Assembly (NCBI GenBank): GCA_950097015.1
Contig: CATNEN010000011.1
Span: forward strand, 4,030,001 to 4,094,000
Origin: Macrostomum hystrix
Lineage: Eukaryota > Animalia > Platyhelminthes
Length of the DNA stretch: 64,000 nt
Direction: 5' to 3'
This document shows, piece by piece, positions 38,575 to 49,680 of this stretch (positions are counted from its first letter, which is position 1; every line of letters begins with the position of its first letter). The notes beneath the pieces are model-generated. The model worked only from the letters and a program-made list of their open reading frames with translations, made no database searches and was not told where the DNA came from. Made by a program: the position numbers and the translations under genes.

Positions 38575-38608
38575 ACTTCCGGCCAGCCAGAGCTCGCACG
38601 CTCATTGG
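38575..38608 (-). promoter_or_regulatory. Possible promoter (ETS CCGGAAGT plus CCAAT on the minus strand) in a CpG-containing island
   Basis: ACTTCCGG at 38575-38582 and ATTGG at 38604-38608. No downstream gene was identified. Confidence 0.2.
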
Positions 38609-39348
38609 CCGGGGGGGAAATACATTAAGATACGCGTAGGAAATAGCTAGAATGGCGCGATATGCGTTTATGGTTACTGACAGTAGCGCGCTAATAATTT
38701 GACTTAATAATATACATTAACAGAATTGGGTGATATTATACGATGAGTTAAAACGGCCCAAGCTAGTACATAATTAGGAAATTAAGCATGTAATCAACGC
38801 ATAGAGTAATATTGCAGGGGCGCCTTCAACAAGTGACAACGTCACAATGGTCTACAGTAAGATATTAATAAAAACGGACATGTAGTGCAGTAATTCTGAA
38901 AATAATGATGAAGAATTTAAATTTGGTCGATGTTTCAATCATCAGATCATATACAATAAGCGATCTAAAACTATGCCGCCATAAATAAGTATTCCACTGC
39001 ATAAGTGTTTGACGCACACTATAGTGTCCAGAAAGTTTTTAAATCATTTTATTTTTTGGCATCTGATGCAATGCGCTGAGCTGGGAGAGGAGAAAGAAAA
39101 TTAAATGCTCAAACTGGCAGGTAGGCAAACTGAGTGTTGCACACAGCAGAACTGCATTCCACCGACTATAGTTCTGCAATCGCCAGCTATTCAACATTGT
39201 AAACCAATTAGGTATCGTTGAAAGATACCTGAAAAGTAGCTAAAATATCATCAGTTATCGACTCAATGGAACAGCTCACTCAATCACTCAGTCTTGTCTG
39301 TATGGTGTAATGTTATACCAATGCCAAGTACAATGCTAAAATTACTAA

Positions 39349-39349
<1 letters not shown>

Positions 39350-39384
<35 letters not shown>

Positions 39385-39486
39385 CGACTGGGTAGACAGG
39401 TAGTGAATTGGGTAGTGTCCACTACTACTATCGCTATTACAAGTGCACTATTATGACTAACTTTATTACTACTACTACTACTACTA

Positions 39487-39552
<66 letters not shown>

Positions 39553-39562
39553 ATACTACTAC
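39350..39562. repeat. (CTG)n and long (CTA)n microsatellites
   Basis: Direct read. Confidence 0.95.
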
Positions 39563-39810
39563 GTTGCATGTGCATTGCCTAATAGAGGTTAAAATGCACA
39601 ATCCACAGACCCTTGCAGATGCTGCTGACGCGGTTGTCATAGTAACGCAAGTCTAACCCACTCCGCCTACGTGCAATGGCCGCTACAAAATGGCATGAGA
39701 AGTTTAATAGCTGATTGGGATCATTCTAGGGGTATACATTTTTAAAATTCAATTTCTGCTAACCAGTTTGTGCTCGATCAATAGATTTGCTTAACGGAAA
39801 AGCTTCAAAA

Positions 39811-41720
39811 ATGTCCTCAACTCTAAACTCTACTCTAGTCCTCTCTGTCCTGCTCATCTGGTCTCAAAACGCCTCGGTGGTTCGCGCAGTCGGCTGCTAC
39901 AAATTCAGTCGAGCTCGCGAACTTTGCGCTGTGAAACTGCCACCGGCAGTGGGCTGGCGAGACGGCAACGCCACATTTCGCCGACTTGGCGGCATCGCCG
40001 ATGAGCGAGTCTGCGCGCTGATGTGCGCCGCCAGCGGAGCGTCCAGGTGCTCGGTGTTCCAGCTGCTGGCACCGATGTCCAGTATAGACTCGACCATTGT
40101 GGACACCAGCACTTGCCTTCTGGGCGACGCCTGCGATCTTGTCGCCAGTTGGCAGTGGAACTCCGGTGCTGCGTGCCTCACGAAACAGCTCGATGCTAGG
40201 CCCGAATGCAATCCGACTGCAGCCACCACCGCTACGACTGCAGCCACCACCGCTACGACTGCAGCCACCACCGCTACGACTGCAGCCACCACCGCTACGA
40301 CTGCAGCCACCACCGCTACGACTGCAGCCACCACCGCTACGACTGCAGCCACCACCGCTACGACTGCAGCCACCACCGCTAAGACTGCAGCCACCACCGC
40401 TACGACTGCAGCCACCACCGCTACGACTGCAGCCACCACCGCTACGACTGCAGCCACCACCGCTACGACTGCAGCCACCACCGCTAAGACTGCAGCCACC
40501 ACCGCTACGACTGCAGCCACCACCGCTACGACTGCAGCCACCACCGCTACGACTGCAGCCACCACCGCTAAGACTGCAGCCACCACCGCTACGACTGCAG
40601 CCACCACCGCTACGACTGCAGCCACCACCGCTACGACTGCAACCAGGACTTTTACTTCTGTACCTCCCTACGTGATTACAGGTGAGTGAAATGAAATTTT
40701 ACTGTTGAATGCATTTGTTTAATTGGTTTGTGCACTGGTGTCATTAAATGTATCATAGCAATTAGGCAAAAAATACTAGATAGGAATTTTTCCCCTGTTC
40801 AGGCGTATTTTTCACCTGTTCAGATGGACGTTTTACCTGTTCAAGTAGAAGTTGAATTTCGCCCTTTTTTGCTACTATTTCTTGGAACTCACTAAAACCG
40901 TCTCGCATGTCCAGCTCCAAACGACGGCGCCAGTGTCCAGTCCGGTTCTTTGCAATCCTACGACATCGGCACAACTGGCTGTTACAAAATCGCAGCCTAC
41001 GGAGCTCGCGGCGGAGCTGCTGGCAGTTACTCGACGCCTGGCAACGGCGCCTTCATCGCCGGACACTTCCTGCTCGACGCCGGTCAAAAATTGGTATTCG
41101 TTATTGGCAAACCGGGCCGGAGCTCCAACGGCGGCGGAAACGATGCCGGAGGCGGCGGCGGCGGCACTTTTGTCTACTTGGCCAGCGACAGAGCTCTGCT
41201 AGTGGCAGCAGGTGGTGGCGGCGGCAGCGGCAGCAGCTACGCTTGTGCCGGCTACGATGGAAGCGCCGAGAAACCCGGCGTCGGTGGCGGCGGCAGCGCC
41301 GGAGGAGCCGGCGGTGTCAACGGCGCCGGAGGCTCAGCTAAGAAATTCGGCAGCGGCAACGGTGGCGCTGGCGCCGGCTGGCTGACAGCCGGAGAGGACG
41401 CCAGCGGTAATAAGAGAGGCCTTGGTGGCGAGACCAGCACCTCTGATTGGACCGGTGGCAACGGAGACTCCGCGTTCGGCGGCTACGGCGGCGGTGGCGG
41501 CGGCGGCGGCGGTGGAAGCTCCTCCGGGGGCGGCGGCGGCGGGGGCTACTCAGGCGGCGGCGGCGGCGACGGCGACTGCGGCGGAGGCGGCGGCGGCGGC
41601 AGCTACTTGGCTAGCAGCGCTGCCAATGTTGAGCGAATCGCCGGTGGCAATTCAGAGCTGAACGGCAGGGCCTCCGTCCAGCTTGTTGGGCCGTCAAACT
41701 CCTTGAACTGTATGCGGTGA
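39811..41720 (+). CDS. Secreted protein: signal peptide, 8-Cys PAN/apple-like domain, Thr/Ala mucin stalk, ALK/LTK-type glycine-rich domain. Exons 39811-40681 and 40915-41720 (~558 aa).
   Basis: Hydrophobic N-terminus (TLVLSVLLIWSQNASVVRA). C-x3-C-x7-C-x2-F...C-x-L pattern. Phase-1 intron ACAG|GTGAGT..CCAG|CT. Exon 2 has QSYDIGTTGCYKIAAYGARGG, GHFLLDAGQKLVFVIGKPG, GGGGGGTFVY..LLVAAGGGGG, FGGYGGGGGG, GGGGGYSGGGG and GGGGSYL, collinear with the ALK/LTK GRD. No TM segment or kinase before the stop. Confidence 0.8.
40216..40641 (+). repeat. 21-bp coding repeat (TAATTAT), ~20 copies, mucin-like
   Basis: ACTGCAGCCACCACCGCTACG units with a periodic ACG>AAG (Lys) variant. Confidence 0.95.
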
Positions 41721-42332
41721 AACTGTCACTCTAGCTTGAATGCAGCGGTTGGCTTCGCTATTTAATTTTAACCGGGACATCGGGTGTTCGATTCTCCGCA
41801 CAGTGGAAACACTGTTTCATTGTGCCACTGACCAAAACACTAACTTCTCTATTTTCCTTTTAATCCCACCATAATGTTGGCTCAAAATCAAATCCTGTTT
41901 GTCTCTCTACCCATTAAATAAATTTTAAATAAACGAGTGTTGTTGCAACACTTTAGTGGGTTATGCCATCGTGGAACGATCATGGAATGATCGCGAGTCA
42001 TGAGCAGCACCAACTCTAACTTAGAATAAGTGCAGGGCAAAAGTAGTCTATGGCCTAATCTTGCTTCATATTCGTAAGTGAGCAAGCACATTCAGGTTTA
42101 TAGCATGGCTGCATATGAAACGCGCTGTATAGTTGGTATGGACTTTTCATTTTATAAATCAATGATCACCGAACTTTAGCGAGTGCGGAATTCGCTGATT
42201 ATACTCCAGGCTGCTCACCTGCGCCTCACCTGCGCCTCACCTGCGCCTCACCTGCGCCTCATAGATGCATCGCCACTGACAAGCCGTCAAACCGATTCCA
42301 CTCTTCAAGCACAAGCACTAGAAAGGCCCTAA

Positions 42333-43394
42333 ATGGCCAGGGCTATGCAAGAACAAGATTTGAAAGGCTTGGCTAACCGACTTTTGAAGTTCGACGCTAG
42401 TGACTTTTATAACCATGTGCCGCTGACTGCAACAGAATGTCTGATTGTGTGCCACATGGCCACGGAGGCTATGCGCAAAACAGAACTCTGCATCACTGTG
42501 AAGGCACCGATTAACATTGTTGGCGACCTGCACGGCCAGTTTCACGATCTGCTGCGCATCTTTGACTCGCTTGGCCAACCGCCGCAGTCCCGCTTTCTTT
42601 TCCTCGGTGACTACATCGACCGGGGCAAGTACTCGCTGGAGGTCATGACTCTGCTGTTTGTGCTCATGCTGCTCTACCCCGACTCGGTGTACCTGCTTCG
42701 CGGCAACCATGAGACTGCGAACATCTGCTGTCGCTACGGATTCAAGGACGAGCTTAAAATGCGCTTCGTCAAATCGCAGGCGCACGGAGTTCTCGGCGGC
42801 TTCGTCAGAACGTTCCAGTGGATGCCAATGTGCGCCATCGTCGACAGCCAAATTTTCTGCTGCCACGGTGGCATCTCGCCGAACTTCTTGCTGCAGCCTT
42901 TCAATAAAAGTCCCAGTCAGCAGGGCAATGTGAAAATCTTAAACGAATTCAAGAAGCCTATTGAACCATCTCCACCGGGTGTCCTGTGTGACATAATCTG
43001 GTCCGACCCGACGAGTACTAGCTTCAGTACTCAGTTCAACGCCACATCCGAAGTCGCCACGGAAGCCAAATGGCTGCCGAACAAGCGTGGCTGTTCGTTC
43101 CTGTTCACTGCACCTGCCCTCGAGGATGTGATGCGCGTGTTCCAGACTTATATGCTTGTCAGGGGCCACCAGGTTGCGCAAGGTGGCTACTTGACTCATC
43201 ACAATCGACGCTGCGTGACCGTGTTCAGCGCGCCAGGCTATTGCGGCATCGAAGATAATTCGGGCAGCGTCCTGCAAGTTGACCACAGGCAGGACAGCAA
43301 GACCCATCCCGGCAGCTTCTTCCTTCTTAGGCCTCTTGAACGAGACCCCGCGGCTATCAATTGCTTGTTTTGGTCGGAGCTAAGCGATGTTTAA
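42333..43394 (+). CDS. Divergent intronless PP1-like Ser/Thr phosphatase (PPP family), copy A, 353 aa
   Basis: GDLHGQ, GDYIDRG, LRGNHE, HGGISP, DIIWSDP, RGCSF, LVRGHQ, TVFSAPGYCG; the metal and catalytic residues are intact. Confidence 0.93.
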   Translation: MARAMQEQDLKGLANRLLKFDASDFYNHVPLTATECLIVCHMATEAMRKTELCITVKAPINIVGDLHGQFHDLLRIFDSLGQPPQSRFLFLGDYIDRGKYSLEVMTLLFVLMLLYPDSVYLLRGNHETANICCRYGFKDELKMRFVKSQAHGVLGGFVRTFQWMPMCAIVDSQIFCCHGGISPNFLLQPFNKSPSQQGNVKILNEFKKPIEPSPPGVLCDIIWSDPTSTSFSTQFNATSEVATEAKWLPNKRGCSFLFTAPALEDVMRVFQTYMLVRGHQVAQGGYLTHHNRRCVTVFSAPGYCGIEDNSGSVLQVDHRQDSKTHPGSFFLLRPLERDPAAINCLFWSELSDV

Positions 43395-43604
43395 GAACCC
43401 TGCGTTAAATATAACCAATTGCCCAGGTGTCTCCGCGTTCGGCGGAGTCTGAGCCTTATCATTTTCTGTATTATTTCTGCTTTCGCTGCACGAGTTACAC
43501 TCTGAATTATGACGTATGAGTCATTTATTATCGATTTTTTTTCAATACAGCTTCGTTATATTTAGTAGTCGCTTACATGTACCTGTACATGTCTCATTGA
43601 CTCT

Positions 43605-44108
43605 CTACTAAATCCTCATTGACTCTCTCCTGAATCCTCATTGACTCTCTCCTGAATCATCATTGACTCTCTCCTGAATCATCATTGACTCTCTCCTGAA
43701 TCATCATTGACTCTCTCCTGAATCATCATTGACTCTCTCCTGAATCCTCATTAACTCTCTCCTGAATCATCATTGACTCTCTCCTGAATCCTCATTGACT
43801 CTCTCCCGAATCATCATTGACTCTCTCCTGAATCCTCATTAACTCTCTCCTGAATCATCATTGACTCTCTCCTGAATCCTCATTGACTCTCTCCTGAATC
43901 CTCATTGACTCTCTCCTGAATCATCATTGACTCTCTCCTGAATCATCATTGACTCTCTCCTGAATCCTCATTGACTCTCTCCTGAATCATCATTGACTCT
44001 CTCCTAAATCCTCATTGACTCTCTCCTGAATCCTCATTGACTCTCTCCTGAATCCTCATTGACTCTCTCCTGAATCATCATTGACTCTCTCCTGAATCCT
44101 CATTGACC
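43605..44108 (+). repeat. 22-bp minisatellite (TCATTGACTCTCTCCTGAATCA/C), ~22 copies
   Basis: Visible tandem units. Confidence 0.95.
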
Positions 44109-44930
44109 CTTATATTGATCCGATTCGGGCTTAAAATTGTAGCGATGCAAAAAAACGAATTCTACTCGAAGTGCAGATAACAGTAGCGATGCTAGACAAG
44201 ATTGTTCATGCGAATGAAGTCGTAGTAGCGACCTCTTCTGGCCTGCATCTCTGGCTTCAGCTTCTTCAGCACACTCAGAAGCAGTGGCCAGCTGCGGCAG
44301 CCAAATCTTTAAGTCAGCTCTGAGTTTGTTTCCCGACAGTTGGTTGAGTAGTTTTACAAAGTCCGTCCACTTTAATCTGAGTTCTCTAGTGAGTCTTGCA
44401 GTTTCCAAATCAAGCTGATCAGCAGGCATCAGCTTGACCTTCGATCTGATTGGCCTGCTGTTGTACGCGAGCAGCTCCGCCTGAATCTGCATCAACTCAA
44501 ACGGCGAGGCCATGTCGATGAAGTTGTCGATAAAACTGATGGTCTTACTGGTCCCTTCAATCAGAAGTCGAGCTCATATGCAATTATTGTAGAAATCGCT
44601 CGCAGCCTGAAACAATTAGTCACTCAGCTCGGCACTGGCGGAAATATTTTGCTGATCGTGAAGCAGCTCAAACAGCTTTCCTCTCAGATTCTCCGAGTCG
44701 ATGCCAATACGACCGATCACTGACTGAATCCTGGGTTTCGTTCGTAAATGGGTGGCTTTTCTGGAAGTTCGCAGGCGAACTGGTAGCAATCTTGGCACGG
44801 GTTGACTGACTGGTCAACGCTGGTTTGTAGAAGCGCGCTGGCACTTACACAAGCTTGGCTGAAGCACTGCTTCGGTGGCGGCTGCGGCTGCTCCTGCTCT
44901 GGCAGCTGCGACAGCGTTCTTGCATAAATC
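44100..44930 (-). pseudogene. Coding-like segment of unknown family with two in-frame stops and a probable small intron
   Basis: ORFs 44616-44798 and 44100-44513 share a frame and are separated by TAA and TGA (..AELSD*LFQAASDFYNNCI*ARLLIEG..). GTAAGT..CTACCAG intron-like piece at ~44790-44858. Composition is exon-like. Confidence 0.4.
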
Positions 44931-47900
44931 CCGAATTAGAATTAGACGTACCGTCCACTGCTATGAATCCCGAAGATATCAAAAGTGAGAAACACAGCTA
45001 AGGATACAATGCATCAACCATACCGTTGTTGCTTGCTCCTTAATTGCTGCTTCAGTTAACATGCATGGCTTTGTTCAGAGGGGATTTAACACGATGTAAA
45101 TCAAACTAGACACTCTGTAAAACACGTTAAGAAATATGTAATTTCTATAATTTCCGAATTTAAATTTTGTTTGTTTGCTTTAAAAGAGCCAGCAATTTAG
45201 ACACAGTTAAAATGCTTTTATTTATCCAGTCCTGGGTTAATATCGCTTTGAAGATTTGAATTGCACACTCGTGTAAGCATATATTGTCATTAGCTCGTAC
45301 CAGTATGCCGTAGCATGGATGCCGAATAAACAAAACAGTGCTAGCTCATTTTACGCCTACGCTTTTTACAAAAGAGACGACGCGAAAAGCAAAATGCGAT
45401 CGAATGTTATAGCAGCGTGCAACAACAGACAAACAGACCATGCCTGCATCAACTATTAAAACTGCATTAATACTCGTATATCTGTTCCCTAAACACTTAA
45501 TCTATTTTTAATATGCTATCCGTAAACAGGCACTCAATCCATGGTTCCGCGTGAAGGTGTGCCAAATGTGCTGATTATTTTTTCAATCTCGTAGGTGTAA
45601 GTTTTTCAATATAAATGATTGCGAGCGTAATCCGCTCTTTATAGAGAGCGGCGCAAGACGCAGCTTTCACATTGCTCCAACCGACTGTCATTATCTAACA
45701 GGGTTCAGCGGGATTTTAATCATTAACACGTGCAGCAACGTGTCACAATCGACGTTTACCATGCAATCATGCTTGTTCCGCATCCTTACTTTAGTGCGAC
45801 TAAAACTTTTAAGAAGTTAAGAATTTTCCAGGATTTAATTCCTGTGTTTGAGAAATTCCGACCAGGGACTGTTAATAAATACTCAGGGAGTCCCTGATTC
45901 CGAACTTACAATTAGCAACAAATACAAAGAGAAGTAAACAAACAGGATTGAAAAGGATAATCGAGCTCCATGAGATACGAGAGAGAGAGAACACAGGAAA
46001 ATGATTAGCCACAGAAAAAACGATCGATGCTTAGAACAGTTATAAAACTTTCTACCTTAAAAAATAAAAAATACTTTACCGGTGTTTTTACAACAAAACA
46101 AGTTGTTTTTTTCTAATGCAAACAAATCTTTAAATTCTTAAGTAGAGCTTGTTCTAGTAGAAGCAAAAAAACTTTATGTTATTATTAAAAGCATATAATA
46201 AATACTAACTATCCACTACTAGCTAACAGCCATTCTTTCTGACCAAAGTGAAAACTATTTTTCAACTTACATTCTTCGTCTTTGCTTTTTTATCCCCGCT
46301 AGACACTGCTACTTCACTATTAATAGTTTTTTATCAGATTAATTACCATAATTTGGCAAATTATGTCTAACTTTCCTAGCTATTACTTGCGCCTAAAAGT
46401 CTTTGAAATTCCTTTAAAAATATTTCTTTAATTATTTGATACAGTTTGTTAGATCGACATATCAATCTTTTGCTATCCGCCTATCGTCATAATCTATAAT
46501 ACAATTCAAGAATTGGGTTAAAAGAGTGCTTGCCTGCGCCAAAATATCGGCCCCGATTTCGCCATACTATTCAGCAGTGCAATTCAGCTTTTATAGAACC
46601 TGTGTTAGACCCTATGCTGGCTAAACTAATTGCTGTTTATGGCATTTGTTGTTATGGTAAATAAAGGTAAGTGTTTCTTCGCATGTACTTTTTGAAATCA
46701 TTATAGTTACATGTTTTTCGTCATGTTTTACTAGGGATTATTTGTCTGGAATCTAGACTACGCCTAGATTATTAGGACTGAGGCGAAAAGCTACATTTTT
46801 ACCCATTAAGACTTAAGCCTATTTAGTACAGGTCTTGCAAGATTAAATATTATTGTCTACAATGCAATATAGTGTTTTTGCCAGTTCAAGAGCTCTATTT
46901 TACTAATCTCTGGGCTCTAGCCTCAGCCTCTAGCTAGCTTTTGCTTTAAATAGCTAGCTTTTGGCACTTTTGCTTTAGATAGCTAGCTTCAGCCTTGTCT
47001 ATAATGGGTATAAATATCCATAAAATGCTTTCCCTATTTTGAGTCTTTTTCATGATCCATAGTTCGGATCAATGTAGTTTCTGGCATACATTTGTGCAGT
47101 TGGTATATATCGGTGTGCACTTGGCATGCACAAGCTTCCAATTGGCATATTCCGCATGCAAAAAGGTGCTTCGTATTTATGTTTGTGTCATGTCCATGTC
47201 CACGTGCAGTAGCAAATAAGAGAATGTCAGTGGCAAAAATATATGACTAAGGCGGAAGGCCTTTAGTTTACAAAGTTGGAGTGGCAGCGAAGTTAATGTG
47301 CTGCATGGCACCTATATTTATATTTACAGCAAACGCAAGAGCGAGATAGAGGGGCCTAGGGAGGTGCGAAATGGTGGCTTGACTTCTCACACCCGACTTA
47401 GCGAGCCGGCTGGCAGGGTGCACCAACCCCCACCTCAACTAGACTGAGGTTGAGGGGTTTGGGTGCGGCTGCACTGTTGCTGGCCGGTCACGTGTTGACT
47501 GTCCGCCACAGGACAATAAATTGAAATAAGAAAAATGGTTGGCTAAAGTCTATCTAAGCTGCTCTAAGCGCTAAAGCTGAAATTTCCTATTTTTATCTAA
47601 GTGATTCAAAACTTTCCAAAATTGTGCAGCTTCAAACAAACTCCAAACAAACATTTAAACAAAGTTCAGCATTTTTTAAAAAAATATTTCTTAATGAGCT
47701 TCTAAGAGCCCAATTGTCTCAAAAAATATTGGACAGTAGTTTCATTTTAATATAATATATATTGCTTTGAACAAAAGCAAATTTTGAACTAAAAAAATAG
47801 TGCTTTTGGTTTTGCCTGCTAATACTAATACTAATAATAAATTTAAGTGATTTAGGTGTTATATGGCCCTTTTTATTTTTATTAATATAAAAACTCACTC

Positions 47901-48857
47901 TTTGACTCACTGAATTAACTTAAGAAATAAAAATTCTTCTTTTACTTTGTCTAATGACTTCTCTTTCAATAACTTATTTTCTTATTGATTGGCCTTTCTC
48001 TCTATTCCCTGTGTCTCCTTACTCTCAATTTATAATAGTTTCCTAAATATATGCACACTAGACAGTTTTTTTCTGACAGCATTATCAAGTTTGCTATATT
48101 TTTTAGCCAACTACATTAGTTGGCTAACACAGTAGTTATAGGCCTTAATAATAAAATCCCCCATTGTTGCCATATTAACCCAATATTACACCCTCAAAAG
48201 TTGCCAATTCCACCAAAACTTGTAAGCTATCCCACCGGAAAGCTAATTTTTCAAGTTTACCATTTTAACAGACTTCCCATTAAGCTGTTGACTTTCCAAA
48301 GTAAGAAAATTTTCCTTATTATATGTTAGGATTTCATCTCAATTCAAAAGTTATTAGTGTGCATTGTCATACATGCGCAACACCTGGCCAACCTGGCCAA
48401 ACTGGCCAGGTGAAACGAGGGCCAAGCAAGGTAAGTCGCAAAAGCCAATCAACCAAGTGCAAAAAATCAAAGGGGGGACCAAGGGACAAAAAAGGAAGGC
48501 ATGAAGAAAAGGAAAAAGGGGAGAGAAAATGAGAGCAAACTAAGTCGTAAATAGAGCAAAAACTAAGTCGCACAGCTGGCTAAGATTTGGGAGGTTGCAC
48601 ATGTATGTGCATTGTTCTTATTATTGCAGAAAAGGCTTCAATTAGTGTTTTAAAACTTGCTTTGCTTTTTTCTATAGGTCTAAAGTTCACGGAACACTTC
48701 TTTTTTACCTCTATGCTTCCTTTACAGCTGTACCATAGCCTGGCCCATCATAAAATATTTTCACCATTAAATGTTTTATTAAGACAGGATAAGTGTTCAT
48801 AGTAAGGTTTTTCTTTTTGCTTACTAGCCACAGTAAAGTGCTCTATGTGTTGACTGT

Positions 48858-48930
48858 TTGTTATGATGAGAAAATGTTTGTCTGCAAATCAATTTGAAGA
48901 CATTCAATCACCAAGATCGCTGATAGAACA
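48858..48930 (+). ncRNA. SNORD24: Box C/D snoRNA, U24/SNORD24-like, copy 1
   Basis: C box ATGATGA 48863. D guide ATCACCAAGATCG-CTGA (48920-48923) is nearly identical to the vertebrate U24 3' end (ACCACCAAGATCGCTGA) and antisense to the LSU rRNA motif GAUCUUGGUGGU. Terminal TGTT/AACA stem; lies in intron 48802-49004. Confidence 0.85.
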
Positions 48931-49084
48931 GATCTATAATATCTGTTAATGTTTATTTTTTTCTATTCCTCAGTGTTATAATATCAACTTTATTCCCTTT
49001 TTAGATTCCATGTAAAACCTCTGCTTCCTAACAGGTCTATAATGTGTAAGCTTTCTTTTTTTCACGGTTATACTTAATACTGTA

Positions 49085-49162
49085 ACAAATGATGTAAAAT
49101 ACTAACTATCTGGAGTCCAGTAGGCCAATGAGGACTTTTTATCACCAAGATCGCTGAGAGAA
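49085..49162 (+). ncRNA. SNORD24: Box C/D snoRNA, U24-like, copy 2
   Basis: ATGATGTAAAATACTAACTATCTGG resembles the U24 5' half (ATGATGTAAAAGAATATTTGCTATCTGA). Same D guide plus CTGA at 49154-49157; lies in intron 49046-49240. Confidence 0.85.
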
Positions 49163-49346
49163 ATTAGACAAGAAAAGTACTTGTTATTATTATTTTGCAT
49201 GAATACTTAATGCACAAAACTCCTAAATAAATAATTTTAGAGCCAGGAAACAACATTAATATACGTGGCTAACAAATGTTGTGATGGCAGTTATAGCAGG
49301 TAACAAAGCTTATGAAATAATTACCCCCGAGTGTACCCCAATAGTG

Positions 49347-49427
49347 TGAACATGATGAAATCCATCTTTGTCCAGAGTCATTCAATGACATTGAGGACCC
49401 TTTATCACCAAGATCGCTGAAGTGTTC
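49347..49427 (+). ncRNA. SNORD24: Box C/D snoRNA, U24-like, copy 3
   Basis: GAAC-ATGATGA (49352) to ATCACCAAGATCG-CTGA (49417-49420), then GTGTTC terminal stem; lies in intron 49300-49501. Confidence 0.85.
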
Positions 49428-49609
49428 TTTGTCATAAATGAAGTGTTAATTCAAGCTCTGTAAATTTCTCATTCCTATATGAGATTGCCTTTGTTTTTCA
49501 GATTCTCAGATTTGAAGTCCTCAAAAAATTAAAGGTAAACTCGTCACCATTTTCATGTGTTTTAGCTTTAATCATATAAATAATTTGTTTCGTATAACTC
49601 TTCAAATTC

Positions 49610-49680
49610 CTCAATGATGCTTTAACAGAGTTTCTTCACCTGATCTGCGAGAGACATTTCGTATTTCTTTTTTGAAAAGT
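49610..49680 (+). ncRNA. SNORD36: Box C/D snoRNA, U36/SNORD36C (snR47)-like
   Basis: AATGATGCTTTAACAGAGTTTCTTCACCTGA resembles human U36C AATGATGGTTAAGAATTTCTTCACCTGA. The guide is antisense to the LSU motif GUGAAGAAAUUC. The D box is only a degenerate TTGA (49672). Confidence 0.6.

Noticed and set aside
42318-43307. Antisense ORFs over PP1, PK, SMYD4, SIRT6 and the GRD genes
   Set aside because: Shadow ORFs produced by GC-rich codon bias on the opposite strand or frame.
48323-48573. ORF 48323-48532 (PGQPGQTGQ..) as RPL7A or another coding host
   Set aside because: No similarity to RPL7A, and it runs through the 48431 donor into intron.
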